Below are positions 36,195-48,760 of a stretch of DNA of 64,000 nucleotides, piece after piece. How positions within the stretch are numbered: position 1 is the first letter of the stretch; each line of letters opens with the position of its first letter. Source of the DNA: Mobula hypostoma (Eukaryota). The notes under the pieces are model-generated. The model did not search any database. It had not been told where the DNA came from and saw only the letters and a program-made list of their open reading frames with translations. A program made the position numbers and the translations under genes. The DNA lies in NCBI RefSeq assembly GCF_963921235.1, contig NC_086108.1, positions 86,926,001 to 86,990,000 of the forward strand, in the 5' to 3' direction.

Positions 36195-37237
36195 TATAAT
36201 TCCACATTAATAAGTGTCCTAGTCTGTCAGTTTTCACACCATTATGAAGATTAACGAATCACTTCCTGCAGACAAAGTAAGTTTAATCATATATCAAGAG
36301 TTTTCTTGATTATTTAGCTTCATAAAAGGATGGATAATCATCCAGTAGTCACAGTGTTCTTATGACACTCCAATGCTAAAATTGTGCTATTATTAAAGTC
36401 AAAGAAAGTTTGAAATTCAAGGTTTTAAAATGTGATTGATTTTCTTCCCCTTTCACCTGTCTATGTGGCTAAGATATAGATATAGTCTTGCAATAGCTAT
36501 TCGTCTCAATTACACATTTCCAGACAGATGGGATCTAACAAAGGTCAGATTCTCATTGTTCTTGTTACAATGTACCAGACGTCATGGCTCTTAGATTCTT
36601 AAAACGCCTTCTGCTTAGAATTGTACAGAACATGCAGAAAATCAGAAATCATACTTTTTTGATGATGCTGGTATAGCTACGTAAACATGCCAGATGATGC
36701 AGGGAGTTTGAAATTATCTTTGTGTTTTGCTTTTTTGAACGATAATGAGGAAGAGAGGAGGAGGAGAAGGACCTAGCATTGTGTGATTTCGTGGTTTGAC
36801 AGCAGCACTTACGCATTTGGTTTCTAAGGTAGATCATTTTTAAAATCCTTCTGTCTCAGTGGCCCAGTAACGCCCAGGAAACCCAATGAAATCAGCTCTC
36901 TGAAGGTTTAAGGATTCAATTACTGAAGCATTACTATTTCAATAGCTGTTCCAACTCCATTACAGCTGATTCACAACTGACACAAGAAAAATTTTTTTAT
37001 ATATATTCTCAAGGCACAGAACATTTCAAGTGACTATGGAAACTATTCAGAATTTTTCACTTACAAAAGGAAACACTGAGAGAGTCAAACTCTCTTTTAA
37101 ATAAAAAAGACAGGAAATTTTCAAGTATACATAATAATTTGCATGATTATTGCTTGTTACAGTTTAATGAAAGAGCTATTAAAGATGTAATAATTTATAA
37201 AACTGGTAAGTCGCTAATGTTGTAACTTTATTTAATT

Positions 37238-37865
37238 TGGGCTACAAGAACAAGCCAAGGAACTACAAGCTGCTGATCCTAAAGTTACTGGAAGGGATTC
37301 TGATGGACAGGTTTTATCTGTATTTAGAAAGGCAAGTACTGATTAGAGTTAGCCAGCATGTCTTTGTGCATGAAAAATCGTGTCTCACAAATTTGATTAG
37401 GTTTTTTGAAGAGCATTGACAAGGTCAAGGTGTTCTCCATGGACCTTAGCAAAGCTTTTAACAAGGTCCTGCATCATAGACTGGTCCAGAAGTCAGATCA
37501 CATAGAATTCATAGTGAGCTATCCAAATGGATACAAAATTAGCTTATTGGAAAATGTCAAGCGATGGAGGATGGTTTCTCAGATTGGAGGCTGTAAGCAG
37601 GGAACAGTGTCAGTCCTTTGTTTGTTTGCCGCCTATTTTAATGATTTGGAAGGGAATGTAATGGTTAGTAAGTTTGTAGATCACAGCCAAACTGATTGTG
37701 CAGTGGACTATGGAAAAAGGTACCTAAGATTACAACAGGATCTAGATCAAATGGGAAAATGGGACAAGAGGTGGCAGATGAAATATGCTGTCATTCTAAC
37801 GAGGGTGAAGTGTTATATTTTGTCAGGTTAAGCCAGGAGAGGGCTTTAAATGATAGGGTTCTGCA
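37238..37865 (+). mobile_element. Old CR1 RT fragment
   Basis: SQHVFVHEKSCLTNLI; MDLSKAFNKV; LQQDLDQMGKW. Confidence 0.8.
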
Positions 37866-38054
37866 GTTTGGTTCAGGGGTTCTGAGACAAACAGTGGGAC
37901 TCTCATTGTTGTTTTGTATTTATTTTTAGGGATAGAGATATCATTGTCAAAGTCCAGCATTTGTTAGGGGGATTAGCGGAGGATGCAGGTTTGGGGGTTG
38001 ATAATCATCTTGTCTTTCTTTATTTTTTCTTGGTTTCATGGATATCTGGAGAAG

Positions 38055-39797
38055 AAGATGGCATATAATAGAGCAAAGGTTAGTGGGAAGTTCGAGGATT
38101 GGGAAGCTTTTAAAACCTACCAAAAGGCAACTAAAGAAGTCATTAAGAAGGTAAAGATGGAATACAAAAGTAAGCCAGTCAATAATATTAAAAAGGATAC
38201 CAGAAGTTTCTTCAGATACATAAAGTGTAAAGGAGAGGCAAGAGAGTATATCAGTTCACTGGAAAATGATGCCGGAGAGATAGTAATGGGGGACAAGGAA
38301 ATGGCGGACGAACTGAGTAAGTATTTTGCATCAGTCTTCATTGTGAAAGACATTAGCAGTATGATGGAAGTTCAGGTATCAGGAGTCATGAAGTGTGTGA
38401 AGTTAATATTATGAGAGAGAAGGTTTTTGAGAAATCGCAAGGTCTGAAAGTCATCTGGATCTGATAGTGCACATTCCAAGGTTCTGAACGAGGTGGCTGA
38501 AGAGATCGTTGAGGCATTAGAAATGATCTTTCAAGAATCATTATATTCTGGAATGGTTCCAGAAGACTGGAAAACTGCAAATGTCATCCGACTCTTCAAG
38601 AAGGGAGAGAGGTAGAAGAAAAGAAACTAGAGACCAGTTAGTCTGACCTCAGTGGTTGGGAAGATGTTGGAGTCAATTATTAAGGATGAGGTCTCAGGGT
38701 ACTTGGAAGCATATGATAAAATAGGCCATAGTCAGCATGGTTTCCTCAAGGGAAAATCTTGCCTGACAAATCTGTTGGAATCCTTTGAAGAAGTAACAAA
38801 CAAGGTAGACAAAGGAGTATTGGTTGATGTTGTGTACTTGGATTTTCAGAAGACCTTTGACAAGGTGTCACACGTGAGGCTGCTTAACAAGATAAGATCC
38901 CCTGGTATTACAGAAAAAATTCTAACATGGATGAAGCAGTGGCTGATTGGCAGGAGGCATAGACTGGGAATAACATGAACCTATTCTGACTCCCTGTTCA
39001 CAGTGGTCAGTGGGCAAAAAATAGCAAATAGAAAACAGTGTCGGGAAGTGTATGGTCATGCACTTTGGTAGAAGAAATGAAAGGGTTGACAATTTTCTGA
39101 ATGGAGAGAAAAAAAAAGCTGATTTCCTAAAGGTTAATTTGCAGATTGAGTCTGTGCTGAGGAAGGCAAATGCGATGTTAGCATTCATTTCAAGAGAACT
39201 AGAATATAAAAGCAAGGATGTAACGTTGAGACTTTATAAAGCACTGGTGAGGCCTCACTTGGAGTATTGCAAGCAGGCTCGGTTGCCTTATCTTAGAAAG
39301 GATGTGCTGAAACTAGAGGGGGTCCAAAGGAGGTTCACGAAAATGATTCCAGCATTGAATGGCTTGTCATATGAAAAGCATCAGATGGCTCTGGCCTATA
39401 TTCACTAGAATCCAGAAGAATGAGGGCTGACCTCATTGAAACCTATCAATTGTGAAAGGCCTTGATAGAGTGGATGTGGAGAGGATGTTTTCTGTAGTGG
39501 GAGAGTCTAAGATCAGAGGACACAGCCTCAGAATAGGGTGGTGTCCTTTTAGATGAGGAAGAATTTCTTGAGTGGTGAATCTCTGAATTCTCTGCCACAG
39601 GCAGCTGTAGAGGCCAAGTATTTATGTATATTTAAGGCAGAGGATGATAGATTCTTGATTGGGCAGGGCATGAAGGGATATAGGGAGAAGGCAGGAGACT
39701 TGGGCTGAGAGGAAAATTGGATTAGCCATAATGAAACAGCAGAGTAGACTCGATGGGACAAACGGCCTAATTCTGCTCCTATATCTATGGTCTTATG
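38055..39797 (+). mobile_element. CR1 LINE, 5'-truncated, with internal deletions
   Basis: SFFRYIK; SQHGFLKGKSCLTNL; LDFQKTFDKV; LVRPHLEYC; (TCTTATGG) tail. Confidence 0.9.
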
Positions 39798-39859
39798 GAC
39801 TAAGAATCTCAAAGTTGTATACTTTGATAACAAATGAACCTTTAAACCTTTTGAACCTT

Positions 39860-40760
39860 TAGATGCCATTGCGAGATTCGGCTTGACATCTAAACTTTGA
39901 CAAGCTTCTATATATGTGTGGTGGAGAGTATATTGACTGACTGCATCACAGCCTAGTATGGAAACACCAATGGCCTTGAACAGAAACTCATCCAAAAACT
40001 AGTGGATATGGCTCAGTCCTTCACAAGCAAATCACTCCCCACCACTGAGCACAACTACAGGGAAAGCAGCATCCATCATTAGGATCCCTCCACCATCCAG
40101 GCCATGCTCTCTTCTCACTGCTGCCATCAAGAAGAAGGTACAGGAGCCACAGGCCCCACACCACCAGATTCAGGAATAGTTATGACACCTCAACCACCAG
40201 GCTCTTGAACCAAAGGGGATGATTTCACATAACTTCAATCGCCCAACACACACAGAACGCTGGAAGAACTCAGCAGGACAGGCAGCATCTATGGAACAAA
40301 GTACAGTTGATGTTTCGGGCCAAAACCCTTCGGCAGGACTGACAAAGGGTTTTGGCCCGAAATGTTGACAATACTTTTCTCCATGGATGTGGCTTGGCCT
40401 GCTGAGTTCCTTCAGCATTTTGTGTGTGTTGCTCAGATTTCCAGCGTTTACAGATTTTCTCTTGTTTATAACTTCAATCACCCCATCACTGAACTGTTTC
40501 CTCAACCTGTGGACTCACCTTCAAGGACACTTCATCTCATGTTCTCAATATTAATTGCTTATTTATTATTATCTTTATTATTTATTGTTTTACTTTCTTT
40601 TTTTTATTTGCAAACTGGTTTGCCACCCTGCCAGTGCAGTCTTTCATTGATTCTGTTATATTTATCGGATTTATTGAGTATGCCCACAAGAAAATGAATA
40701 TCAAGGAAACATGTGCTGATGTATATGTACTTTGATAATAAATTTACTTTGAATTTTGAA
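39860..40760 (+). mobile_element. Rex1/Babar 3' fragment containing a Penelope fold-back insertion
   Basis: Same 3' sequence as 21400-22092. Confidence 0.75.
40246..40468. mobile_element. Fold-back (inverted) Penelope pLTR pair
   Basis: Arms 40246-40338 and 40339-40468 are imperfect reverse complements; each carries a degenerate hammerhead. Confidence 0.75.
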
Positions 40761-40764
40761 CATA

Positions 40765-41238
40765 CACTCAGTGGGCACTTTATCAGGTTCACCTGTACAT
40801 CTGCTCATTAATGCAATTATCTAATCAGCAAATCATGTGACAGCAACTCAATGCATAACATCATGCAGACATGCACATGAGGTTCAGTTGTTGTTCAGAT
40901 CAAACATTATGGGGAATTAATGTGATCTACGTGACTTTGGCAGTTGAATGATTGTTGGCGTCAGGCTGGGGAGGTTTGAGTATCTTAGAAACTACAGATC
41001 TCCAGGGATTTCCACGCACAACAATCTCCAGAGTTTACAGAAATAAAAACAAAGCATCCAGTGAGCGGCAGTTCTGTTGGCAAAAACGCCTTGTTAATGA
41101 GAGAGGTCAGAAGTGGATGGCCAGACAGGTTCAAGGTGATAGAATGGAGACAGTAACTCAAATAGATACACTTTACAACAGTGGTGTACCGAAGAGCATC
41201 TACCTAGAGCAGGTACCTAATAAAGTGGCCACTTAGTG
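40765..41238 (+). mobile_element. Tc1-like non-autonomous transposon
   Basis: TA-CACTCAGTGG...CCACTTAGTG-TA; same family as 35714-36194. Confidence 0.85.
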
Positions 41239-41409
41239 TATATTGTATCTCTATCGTAATCCCCATGACATTTTGTATTGGCACCATACTTGGAATGTAA
41301 AAAAATAGCAGTAACTTTGCTCATATCAGGTTCCTATGAAGATCAACGTGATCATACCCAGATTTATTTTGTAATATCGAAAGAAAGCAAGGACATCAGG
41401 GACAATACC

Positions 41410-41655
41410 CCTAACTCGGAGTTTAGAGATCATATCTGATGTTCTCTGTAAGAAATGTGTACATTCTTCCCATTAGCACATGGGTTTCCTTTGGGTTCCT
41501 TCCACGATCCAAAGACGTACCAGTTAGAAGGTTAACTGTCATTGTAAGCTGTCCTGAGACTAGGAGAGGGTTAATTAAGTGAGTTGCTGGTCAGTGCAGC
41601 TCATACAGCCAGAAAAACCTGTTCCATGCTTTATGTCAGAATAAATAAAATAATT
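41410..41655 (+). mobile_element. Degenerate V-SINE
   Basis: CTGTAAG...GTACATTCTTCCC...TGGGTTTCC; 3' part shared with 23445-23712. Confidence 0.55.
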
Positions 41656-42617
41656 AAATCATTTTCAACAGACCCTTGGGATTGAGGACGTTTCATATTC
41701 ATTTGAATATGATTAATACAACCATCGCTACAGAGTTAGATTTTTGCATAGTAGAGGTAGTAAGGATTATGGGGAAAAGACAATTAGGTGGAACTTAGTC
41801 CTTATTGAACTCGTTTTGCCATTCAATAAATGTTATTGAATGGCAGAGCAAGTTCAACGTGCAAGACGGCCTACTCCAGCTCCTGTTTCTTCTGTTCCTA
41901 TGTTCAAATTAAGACAACACCAGCTATCCACAGCCCATCCAGCTTCCCACTCTCTTTCCTGCTGCTCAATGTTGCATTGAGGACTAAGAATTTACAAACC
42001 TCAAGATTTGGATATAGGACAGCAACCAATTGAGCACAGATGCATTCAGCTGCAGAGGTGTTAACTTGGTTAATGCAGATGCAGACACCAGTGCAATCTA
42101 ATTCTATAATGCCATCTTAATAAAGAGGTCTTAACATTGATCCTTGGTGTTTGCAATTTTAAATCTTGCTGGAGCAAGGTAACCTATGTAAAGTTAATGA
42201 TAATTAATCTGTGAAAAGATAGTATTGTCATGCAACTGAAGTTACTCCTTGTACAAGTCAAGATTTTAAATAGTTCACTCCAGCTTTGAAGAGCAAATAT
42301 ATAGAAGAAATCTAGTTAGTTTATTGCGTGTAATTCCAATTTCATGGAATGGGATTCCAACACTTTACTGGTGCTTGGGGGAACTGTAATCCACTTACGT
42401 TTGAGAAATGTCATTCTGTTTAAGTCAAAGAGAATTGCAAGAAATATTGAGCTTGTACTGCCAGATTTTTTTGATAAAGTTCTGTATAAATGAAATCTTG
42501 CAAGAAGGAAAGTTGTGATGGCAATTTTATCAAATGAATGACTATCTTTCTTCTTCTTCTTCTTCTTCATCATCTTCAGCAGATCCTTAGGATCCGGGAT
42601 ATTTCAATGTTCATTTA

Positions 42618-43190
42618 AATCAGAATCAGAATCAGGTTTAATATCACCGGCATATGTCATGAAATCTATTAACTTAGTAGCCGGAGTATAATGCAATACA
42701 TAGTAAATATAGAAAAATCAATTACAGTAAGTATATATACATTTCTATTAAATAGTTACATTAAATATTGTGCTAAATCAAAACAAAAAGTGAGGTAGTA
42801 TTCATGGGTTCAATGTACATTTAGAAATTGGATGGCAGAGGGGTAGATACTGTTCTTGAATCACTGAGTGTGTGCCTTCAGACTTCTGTACCTCCTTCCT
42901 GACTGTAACAATAAGAAGAGGGCATGTCCTGGGTGGGGGTGGGGGGGTCCTTGATGATGGACGCCACATTTCTGAGTCACCACTCCCTGAAGATGTCTTG
43001 GGTACTGCAGAGCCTAGTACCCATGATGGAGCTGCCTAATTTTACAACCTTCTGTAGCTTCTTTCAATCCTGTGCAGTAGACCCACTTCATATCAGACAG
43101 TGATGCAGCCTGTCAGAATGCTCTCCATGGCACATCTGTAGACGTTTTTGAGTGTTTTAGGTGACAAACCAAATCTCCAGCTCCTAAAAA
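42618..43190 (-). mobile_element. Rex1/Babar 3' fragment
   Basis: (AATCAG)n tail; similar to 56352-56940. Confidence 0.8.
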
Positions 43191-43250
43191 AATGCCATCA
43201 TCCAATTATACCTGATATGAAACTGCTTGTAAGGCCAAAGGAGACCATTT

Positions 43251-44502
43251 TGTCATGGTTTAGTCGGTGAAGTCCGCGTTCCGGTTCACGGTCCGGTCCG
43301 TGGAATCCGGAATCCAGGTCGGCTGTCCCTTGTTTCAGTTGGGCTTAATCATAGGCACCTGATGCTCATCTTGGGGCTGGGAATATAAGTGGCCCTGGGT
43401 TCGAGTGTGGTTGCTGGTTCGTCTCGTCAGTATCCCGTCCTCGCCTCTGTGGGGTAAGCCAGACCGTCTTTGCAGTTACCCCGAGGCTGGACTGTTCCCT
43501 TCCCTTCCCCTTCCTTCTGAAGCCTTGCCCGCAACCAGTGTCTGAAGCCTTTCCCTCAACCTGTGTCTGGAGCCCTTGCCCACAACCTGTGTCTGGAGCC
43601 TTGCCTGCAACCTTGTCAAGTTCTACCACAGTAGCAAGACCAGAACTTTGCTATGTCAAGGTAAGGAAATGTCTCTCGTTGAGTTAGAACTGTCTCTGTG
43701 TCCACACCTTCACTAGATAGGTCTGGCCGTTTGCCGCTACCTAGTGTTGCGAACCATCTCGTCATGTTCAGCATTCTGTGTAGAGCCCTGGCCCCAAGTT
43801 CTGTTCCCAAGGAGGGATCCCGGCTCTGTGCTCCATGTCCCTGTGTTCCTGTCTCTCAAGTCTAAGGCTCCGTGTTCCCTTGCTCTAGACCAATGCTCTA
43901 TGTTCCTATCCTACCCAAGACCAAGGCTCTGTGTTCTGCGTTCCTGTTGTCCCAAGTCCAAGGTTCCGAAGTTCCTGTCGTCCCAAGTCCAAGGTTCCGA
44001 AGTTCCTGTTGTCCCAAGTCCAAGGTTCCGAAGTTCCTGTCATCCCAAGTCCAAGGTTCCGAAGTTCCTGTCATCCCAAGTCCAAGGCTCGGCTATTTCT
44101 GAGCACCAAGTCAAGGCTTCGTGTTCTTGTCCTGTCCATGTGCCTCGTCCTGTGCTGGAGTTCCCTCGTCCTGTACTGGAGTTCCTTTGTCTTGCCCAGG
44201 AGTCTCTTGTTCTGTCCTGTAACCTCGCCTAGTCCTGTCTCCCAAGACCACGTCGTGTCTTCGCCTAGTTCCGGAGTCCGAGCCCGAGTCCAGACCCAGG
44301 TTCTGGGTCCTTGTCCAGTCTCCGGCTCGGAGTCCAAGCCCAGGCTCCTAGTTCCCAGTTCCTTGTCCTGGTCCCGCTTGCCTAGCCAATGTCCTAGCCC
44401 AATTCTGTGTTCTCGTCCCAGCTCTCTAGTCAAGTCCTGTTCCTAGTACTTCAGAGTCTGTATCTTGCATTTGGGTCCACTGCCCAACGCCCCGTTATGA
44501 CA
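43251..44502 (+). mobile_element. Large solo LTR (1252 bp) with internal tandem repeats
   Basis: TGTCAT...ATGACA ends; perfect 5-bp TSD CATTT; about four 31-bp units GTTCCTGTYRTCCCAAGTCCAAGGTTCCGAA at 43940-44090. Confidence 0.85.
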
Positions 44503-45029
44503 CATTTGCCATGAACGGTTTCATGTGCTTCAGACTGAGGCAAAAGGAGAAAGATTTTGACTTGTTTCCACTTTGACTGTCACTATAATCTGAAGGGAAC
44601 ATGCAAATTTAGGATGTATTAGTTTTGAATAAGAAACTTGCCTAAAATGTAAAGATTCAGGATTCAGGATTCAATGAAGAATATAGCAGGATGGTGACAC
44701 CAGGGAGATCTGAATCAGGTACCACAGCTGACGGCTACAGATAGGCCAAGGCAAGTGAATGGAATTTTGCAGATGCATAAGGTGATGGATGCATTGTTTC
44801 TCTACTGGGGTGAGAGGAATGGGGAATGGGAATGGGGAGGAAGAGGGCTTGCTGCAGTTGTGTGCCAGATTTGAGCTTGCCTGGCCGTCAAAATTACAAC
44901 ACCTTGATCAATTTTTCTTGGGAATTTTGCATTATGGATCCAATTAAACATTAATCTTCAATTTAAGCAGTACGTTCAGGCTGATTCTGTCTTATTTGCA
45001 CTATAGTTCTCTTGGTTCCGGGGATGACT

Positions 45030-45113
45030 AGGCAGGAGGAGAAGATGGCAGTGCGACGCAGCGCGCGCAGCTCTCCCGTGAAATGGTATCGTATTTCTAA
45101 TAATCTAATAATA
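45030..45113 (+). mobile_element. Internally deleted mini-copy of the 46615 element
   Basis: Same GGAGAAGATGGC...TATCGTATTT head joined to a TAAT(C) tail; ATGACT direct repeat on both sides. Confidence 0.6.
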
Positions 45114-45199
45114 ATGACTGATGCCGGCACTGCCACAGAAGCTTTGAGCACGTCAGATCTTTTCTTTTGTCTGCAAGGTAATCTTTTCCCATGACAGAG

Positions 45200-46075
45200 C
45201 TTGAAATAGACTGTGTGTCTTGGGACTCTGGTGATGGGTATGAGAATACTGTGGCCTGCCCCATTGAGTAATGAGTGTCACTACATCCTCAGTGCCAGGG
45301 ATGTTGACTCAAGAGAGGACACTAACAGTGATGAACTTCTCTTGCCAAAGGGCTTGGGGGATTTTGCAGAATCAGCACCAGTGATGTTTTTCAAATGCCT
45401 TCAAGACACTGCTATAGTTCTGAGTCTCAGAATCGTAGAGAAAGGCAGGCATTATTGCTATCAATTAACCATGAATTTTATGGAAGGCTTAAGGCTTTGA
45501 TCACAAAATATCCTTTTCCCCAGGTGACAAAAGGCTTTGCTGGTGCATAGAAGACAATGAATTTCATCACCAATGTTTGATTTCGCTGAGAGGTGGCTCC
45601 CGAGAAGTTGAATTTTTCCTGGATCTTGCTGTGCACATTTATTAACAGAGGATGGTGCTCCATAACAGGCAGGTTAGTAGAGGATTGTCGTTTTGTGAAC
45701 ATTGAGTGTAAAATCCATCTTTACATATGATTTAGTAATTAAACTTAACAGCTGAATGCATACATAGCTAAATATTGTCTGCAAACTGCAGCTCAATTAC
45801 TGATGCTTTAGTGAGCTTGATTCTGTAGTGGAACCAATATATACTGTAGATAGAAAGTTCCCTATTTATCCTGTAAGTTAGTTCCACGCCAGCGGTAATA
45901 TTGTTGGAGGTGAGGGGCAGCATTAAAGTGCAAAAGACTGAGAAAAAGTGTTGGGTCAATGACAGTGCTTTACTTGGTGCAGGTCTCCACTGAAGCTGCT
46001 TCTTCACAAAAGCATTTGTTCATGCCATCGTGAAGCCAACATAGGAAACAAATTTCTACAGAAAGCCTAAATTGA
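45200..46075 (-). mobile_element. Old RTE-like LINE RT fragment
   Basis: KLTKASVIELQFADN (ELxFADD-like) on the minus strand. Confidence 0.55.
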
Positions 46076-46389
46076 AGAGAGTCAAAAGATCCAGTGAGGC
46101 TGAGAAAGGATACATTTTAGTAGCAGCTTCCTGGATTTCTCCTGCTGTTGTGTGCTTTGAAGAATGGATTCCACACTGTGATTCTGTAACCAATAGCTGA
46201 GGAAGATCTCTTCTTTTTTAGAAAATCAATTTGACTCCGCTCTTGAAGATGGTCATAATTACGTTGTCTCTAACATAATATACATAATAACTAAAATTCT
46301 AATTTATTACTACTTCTGCTAATCTGACAATTCAAGAAACACTGGTAATAAGAAACAGTAACTTTGTCAGACAGAATTCTTAAAACAAG

Positions 46390-48390
46390 TGCAGGACATC
46401 GTAAACTGTCTCAATGACTATCACCCAGTAGCACATACATCCACAGTGATGAAGAGTTTTGAGGGTTGGTGATGAAACATATCAACTCCTGCCTGAGAAG
46501 CAACTTGGATCTGTTCTAATTTGCCTACTGTGACAACAATTCTGCATCAGGATGCTTTCATAGACTACAACTCTACATTCAGTAAGTCTAAGTCTAAGTC
46601 TTCTTCGGTCTAAGGTGGGAGGAGAAGATGGCGGCGTGACGCAGCGCATGTAGCCTCTCCAGTGAAATTATATCGTATTTGTTAAATAGGGGCCGTGCAC
46701 AATTCTGATTTGATGGAGACAGCCGTGAGAAGACGGAGGAACATCCCGAGTAAATTCTGAAATGCCTGGTTCACTGCCGCTGCTACTGTGCGATCGAGAA
46801 TCTCCGGAGGGAAGGCCCCAAAATCCTCGGTTTTGCCTGCTGCTGGCAGCCGGGGTTGGGGTCGAAGCGTTCAGCAGAGATGGTGCTCGGTGCTCGGTGT
46901 CGGAGGGCTGGTCGGAGCTCGAAGTTTTCGGACGACTCAGAGTCGGACTGTGGTCAGGTATGGCAGGGAGAGTGTTCTTCCTTCTCCTGTCTGCGTGAGA
47001 TGTGGGACTTTCAAGAGACTTTGAATTTTTTACTGTGCTAAATGGCTTGTTCTTCATCAAGTCACGGTATTGTTTGCACTGTTGTAACTATATGTTATAA
47101 TTATGTGGTTTTTGTCAGTTTTTCAGTCTTGGTCTGCTCTGTGTTTCTGTGATATCACACCGGAGGAATATTGTATCATTAATGCATGCATTACTAAATG
47201 ACAATAAAAGAGGACTGTGCATCCTCATAATCTAATCTAATCTAATTTGATCAGTAAACTCCAAGATTTAAACTTGCTAATGACAGCACTGTCATTGGCT
47301 AAATCAAAATGCTGATGAATCTGCACATCAGGGGGTGTCCTGGGTCCAGCACATAAGGGGGTGTCCTGTGTCCAGCACATAAGTGTCATTACAAAGAAGG
47401 CACGGCAGCACCTCTACGTTCTTAGAAACTGTCAAAGATTTGGCATGACATTTGAAACTTTAACAAACTTCTATAGATGTGTGATGGAAAGTATATTAAC
47501 TGGTTTATTAACACGCCTTGGTATGGAAACACCAATGCTCTTGAATGGAAAATCCTACAAGAAGTAGTGCATACGGCCTCAGTCCATGATGGGTAAAAAC
47601 CTCCCCACCATTGAGCATATCTACATGGAGTGTTGTCACAGGAAAGCAGCATCCATCAGCAGGGACCCTCATCACCCAGGACATGCTCTCTTCTAGCCGC
47701 TGCCATCAGGAAGTAGGTACAAGAGCCTTAAGACCCACACCACCAGGTTCAGGAACAATTATTACCCTCAATCATCAGGCTCTTATACCAGAGAGGATAA
47801 CTTCACTCAGAATCACTTGCCCCATCACTGAAGTGTTCCCACAACCCGCATACTCACTTTCAAGGACTCGTCAGCTGATGTTCTCAATATTTATTTGAGC
47901 ACTTCTACAAAGAGCACTGCTGTAGGAAAGCAGCATCCGTCATGAAGGATCCCTACCATTCAGGCCATGAACTCTTCTCACAGTGGCCATCCGGAAAGAG
48001 ATATAGGACTGTCAGAAACCACATGGTCAGGTTCAGGAACAGTTATTACCCCTCAATCGTCAGGCTCTTTTACTAAAGGGGATAATTTCACTCAACCACT
48101 TACTCCAACACTGTACTTTTCCACAACCTGTGGCCATTTTCAAGGACTCTTCATTTCACGTTCTCAATATTTATTGCTTATTTATTTATTTATTTATTTA
48201 TTTTTAATTATTATTATTATTATTTTTTTTTTCTTTGTTTTTTTCTTTTTGCATTTGCACAGTTTGTTATCTTTTGCATTTTTTTGTCTGTCTTATGTGT
48301 GGTTTTTCATTGATTCTATTGTGTTTCTATGTATTTACTGTAAGTGCCCACAAGGAAATGATAGGATGACAGGATAGTATATGGTAGTAC
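46390..48390 (+). mobile_element. Rex1/Babar fragments (46390-46580, 47250-47895, 47920-48390)
   Basis: LNDYHPVA...MKSFE; ITKKARQHLY...NFYRCVMESILTG. Confidence 0.75.
46615..47246 (+). mobile_element. Non-autonomous SINE-like retroelement
   Basis: CpG-rich head beginning AAGATGGCGG, then AATAAA and a (TAATC)n tail; lies within a Rex fragment. Confidence 0.6.
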
Positions 48391-48760
48391 ACATACACAC
48401 ACAAACACACATACATTTTAGATCACATTTCAATGCACGTGTCACCTTTACTCAATGGATTGTCAAATTAGAGTAATCCAGCAAAAGATGTCTATTAACA
48501 ATATTGTGATTATTCACTGTTCTAAACTGTGAGTATTTAGAATTGGAGAATCCATCTAGAGCAGTCATTCCCAAAGGGGTTGGTTACATGTCCTAAGGGA
48601 AAATAGAAGTCACTGGGGGGTGGTAAGTGGCACCCTAACTTGATGCGCAATACCTGACCAACTGTGCCAACTCACTGCCAACATCAACATCCGATAGGTA
48701 TTCCCAATTTGTCTTAATTTTTTATTTTAATTTAGCCTGTTAATGATGGAAAAATACATA

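Noticed and set aside
43744..44446. Overlapping 120-170 aa ORFs and a 31-bp array resembling CRISPR repeats
   Set aside because: Units are head-to-tail with no unique spacers, there are no cas genes, and they lie inside a TSD-flanked LTR in eukaryotic DNA.
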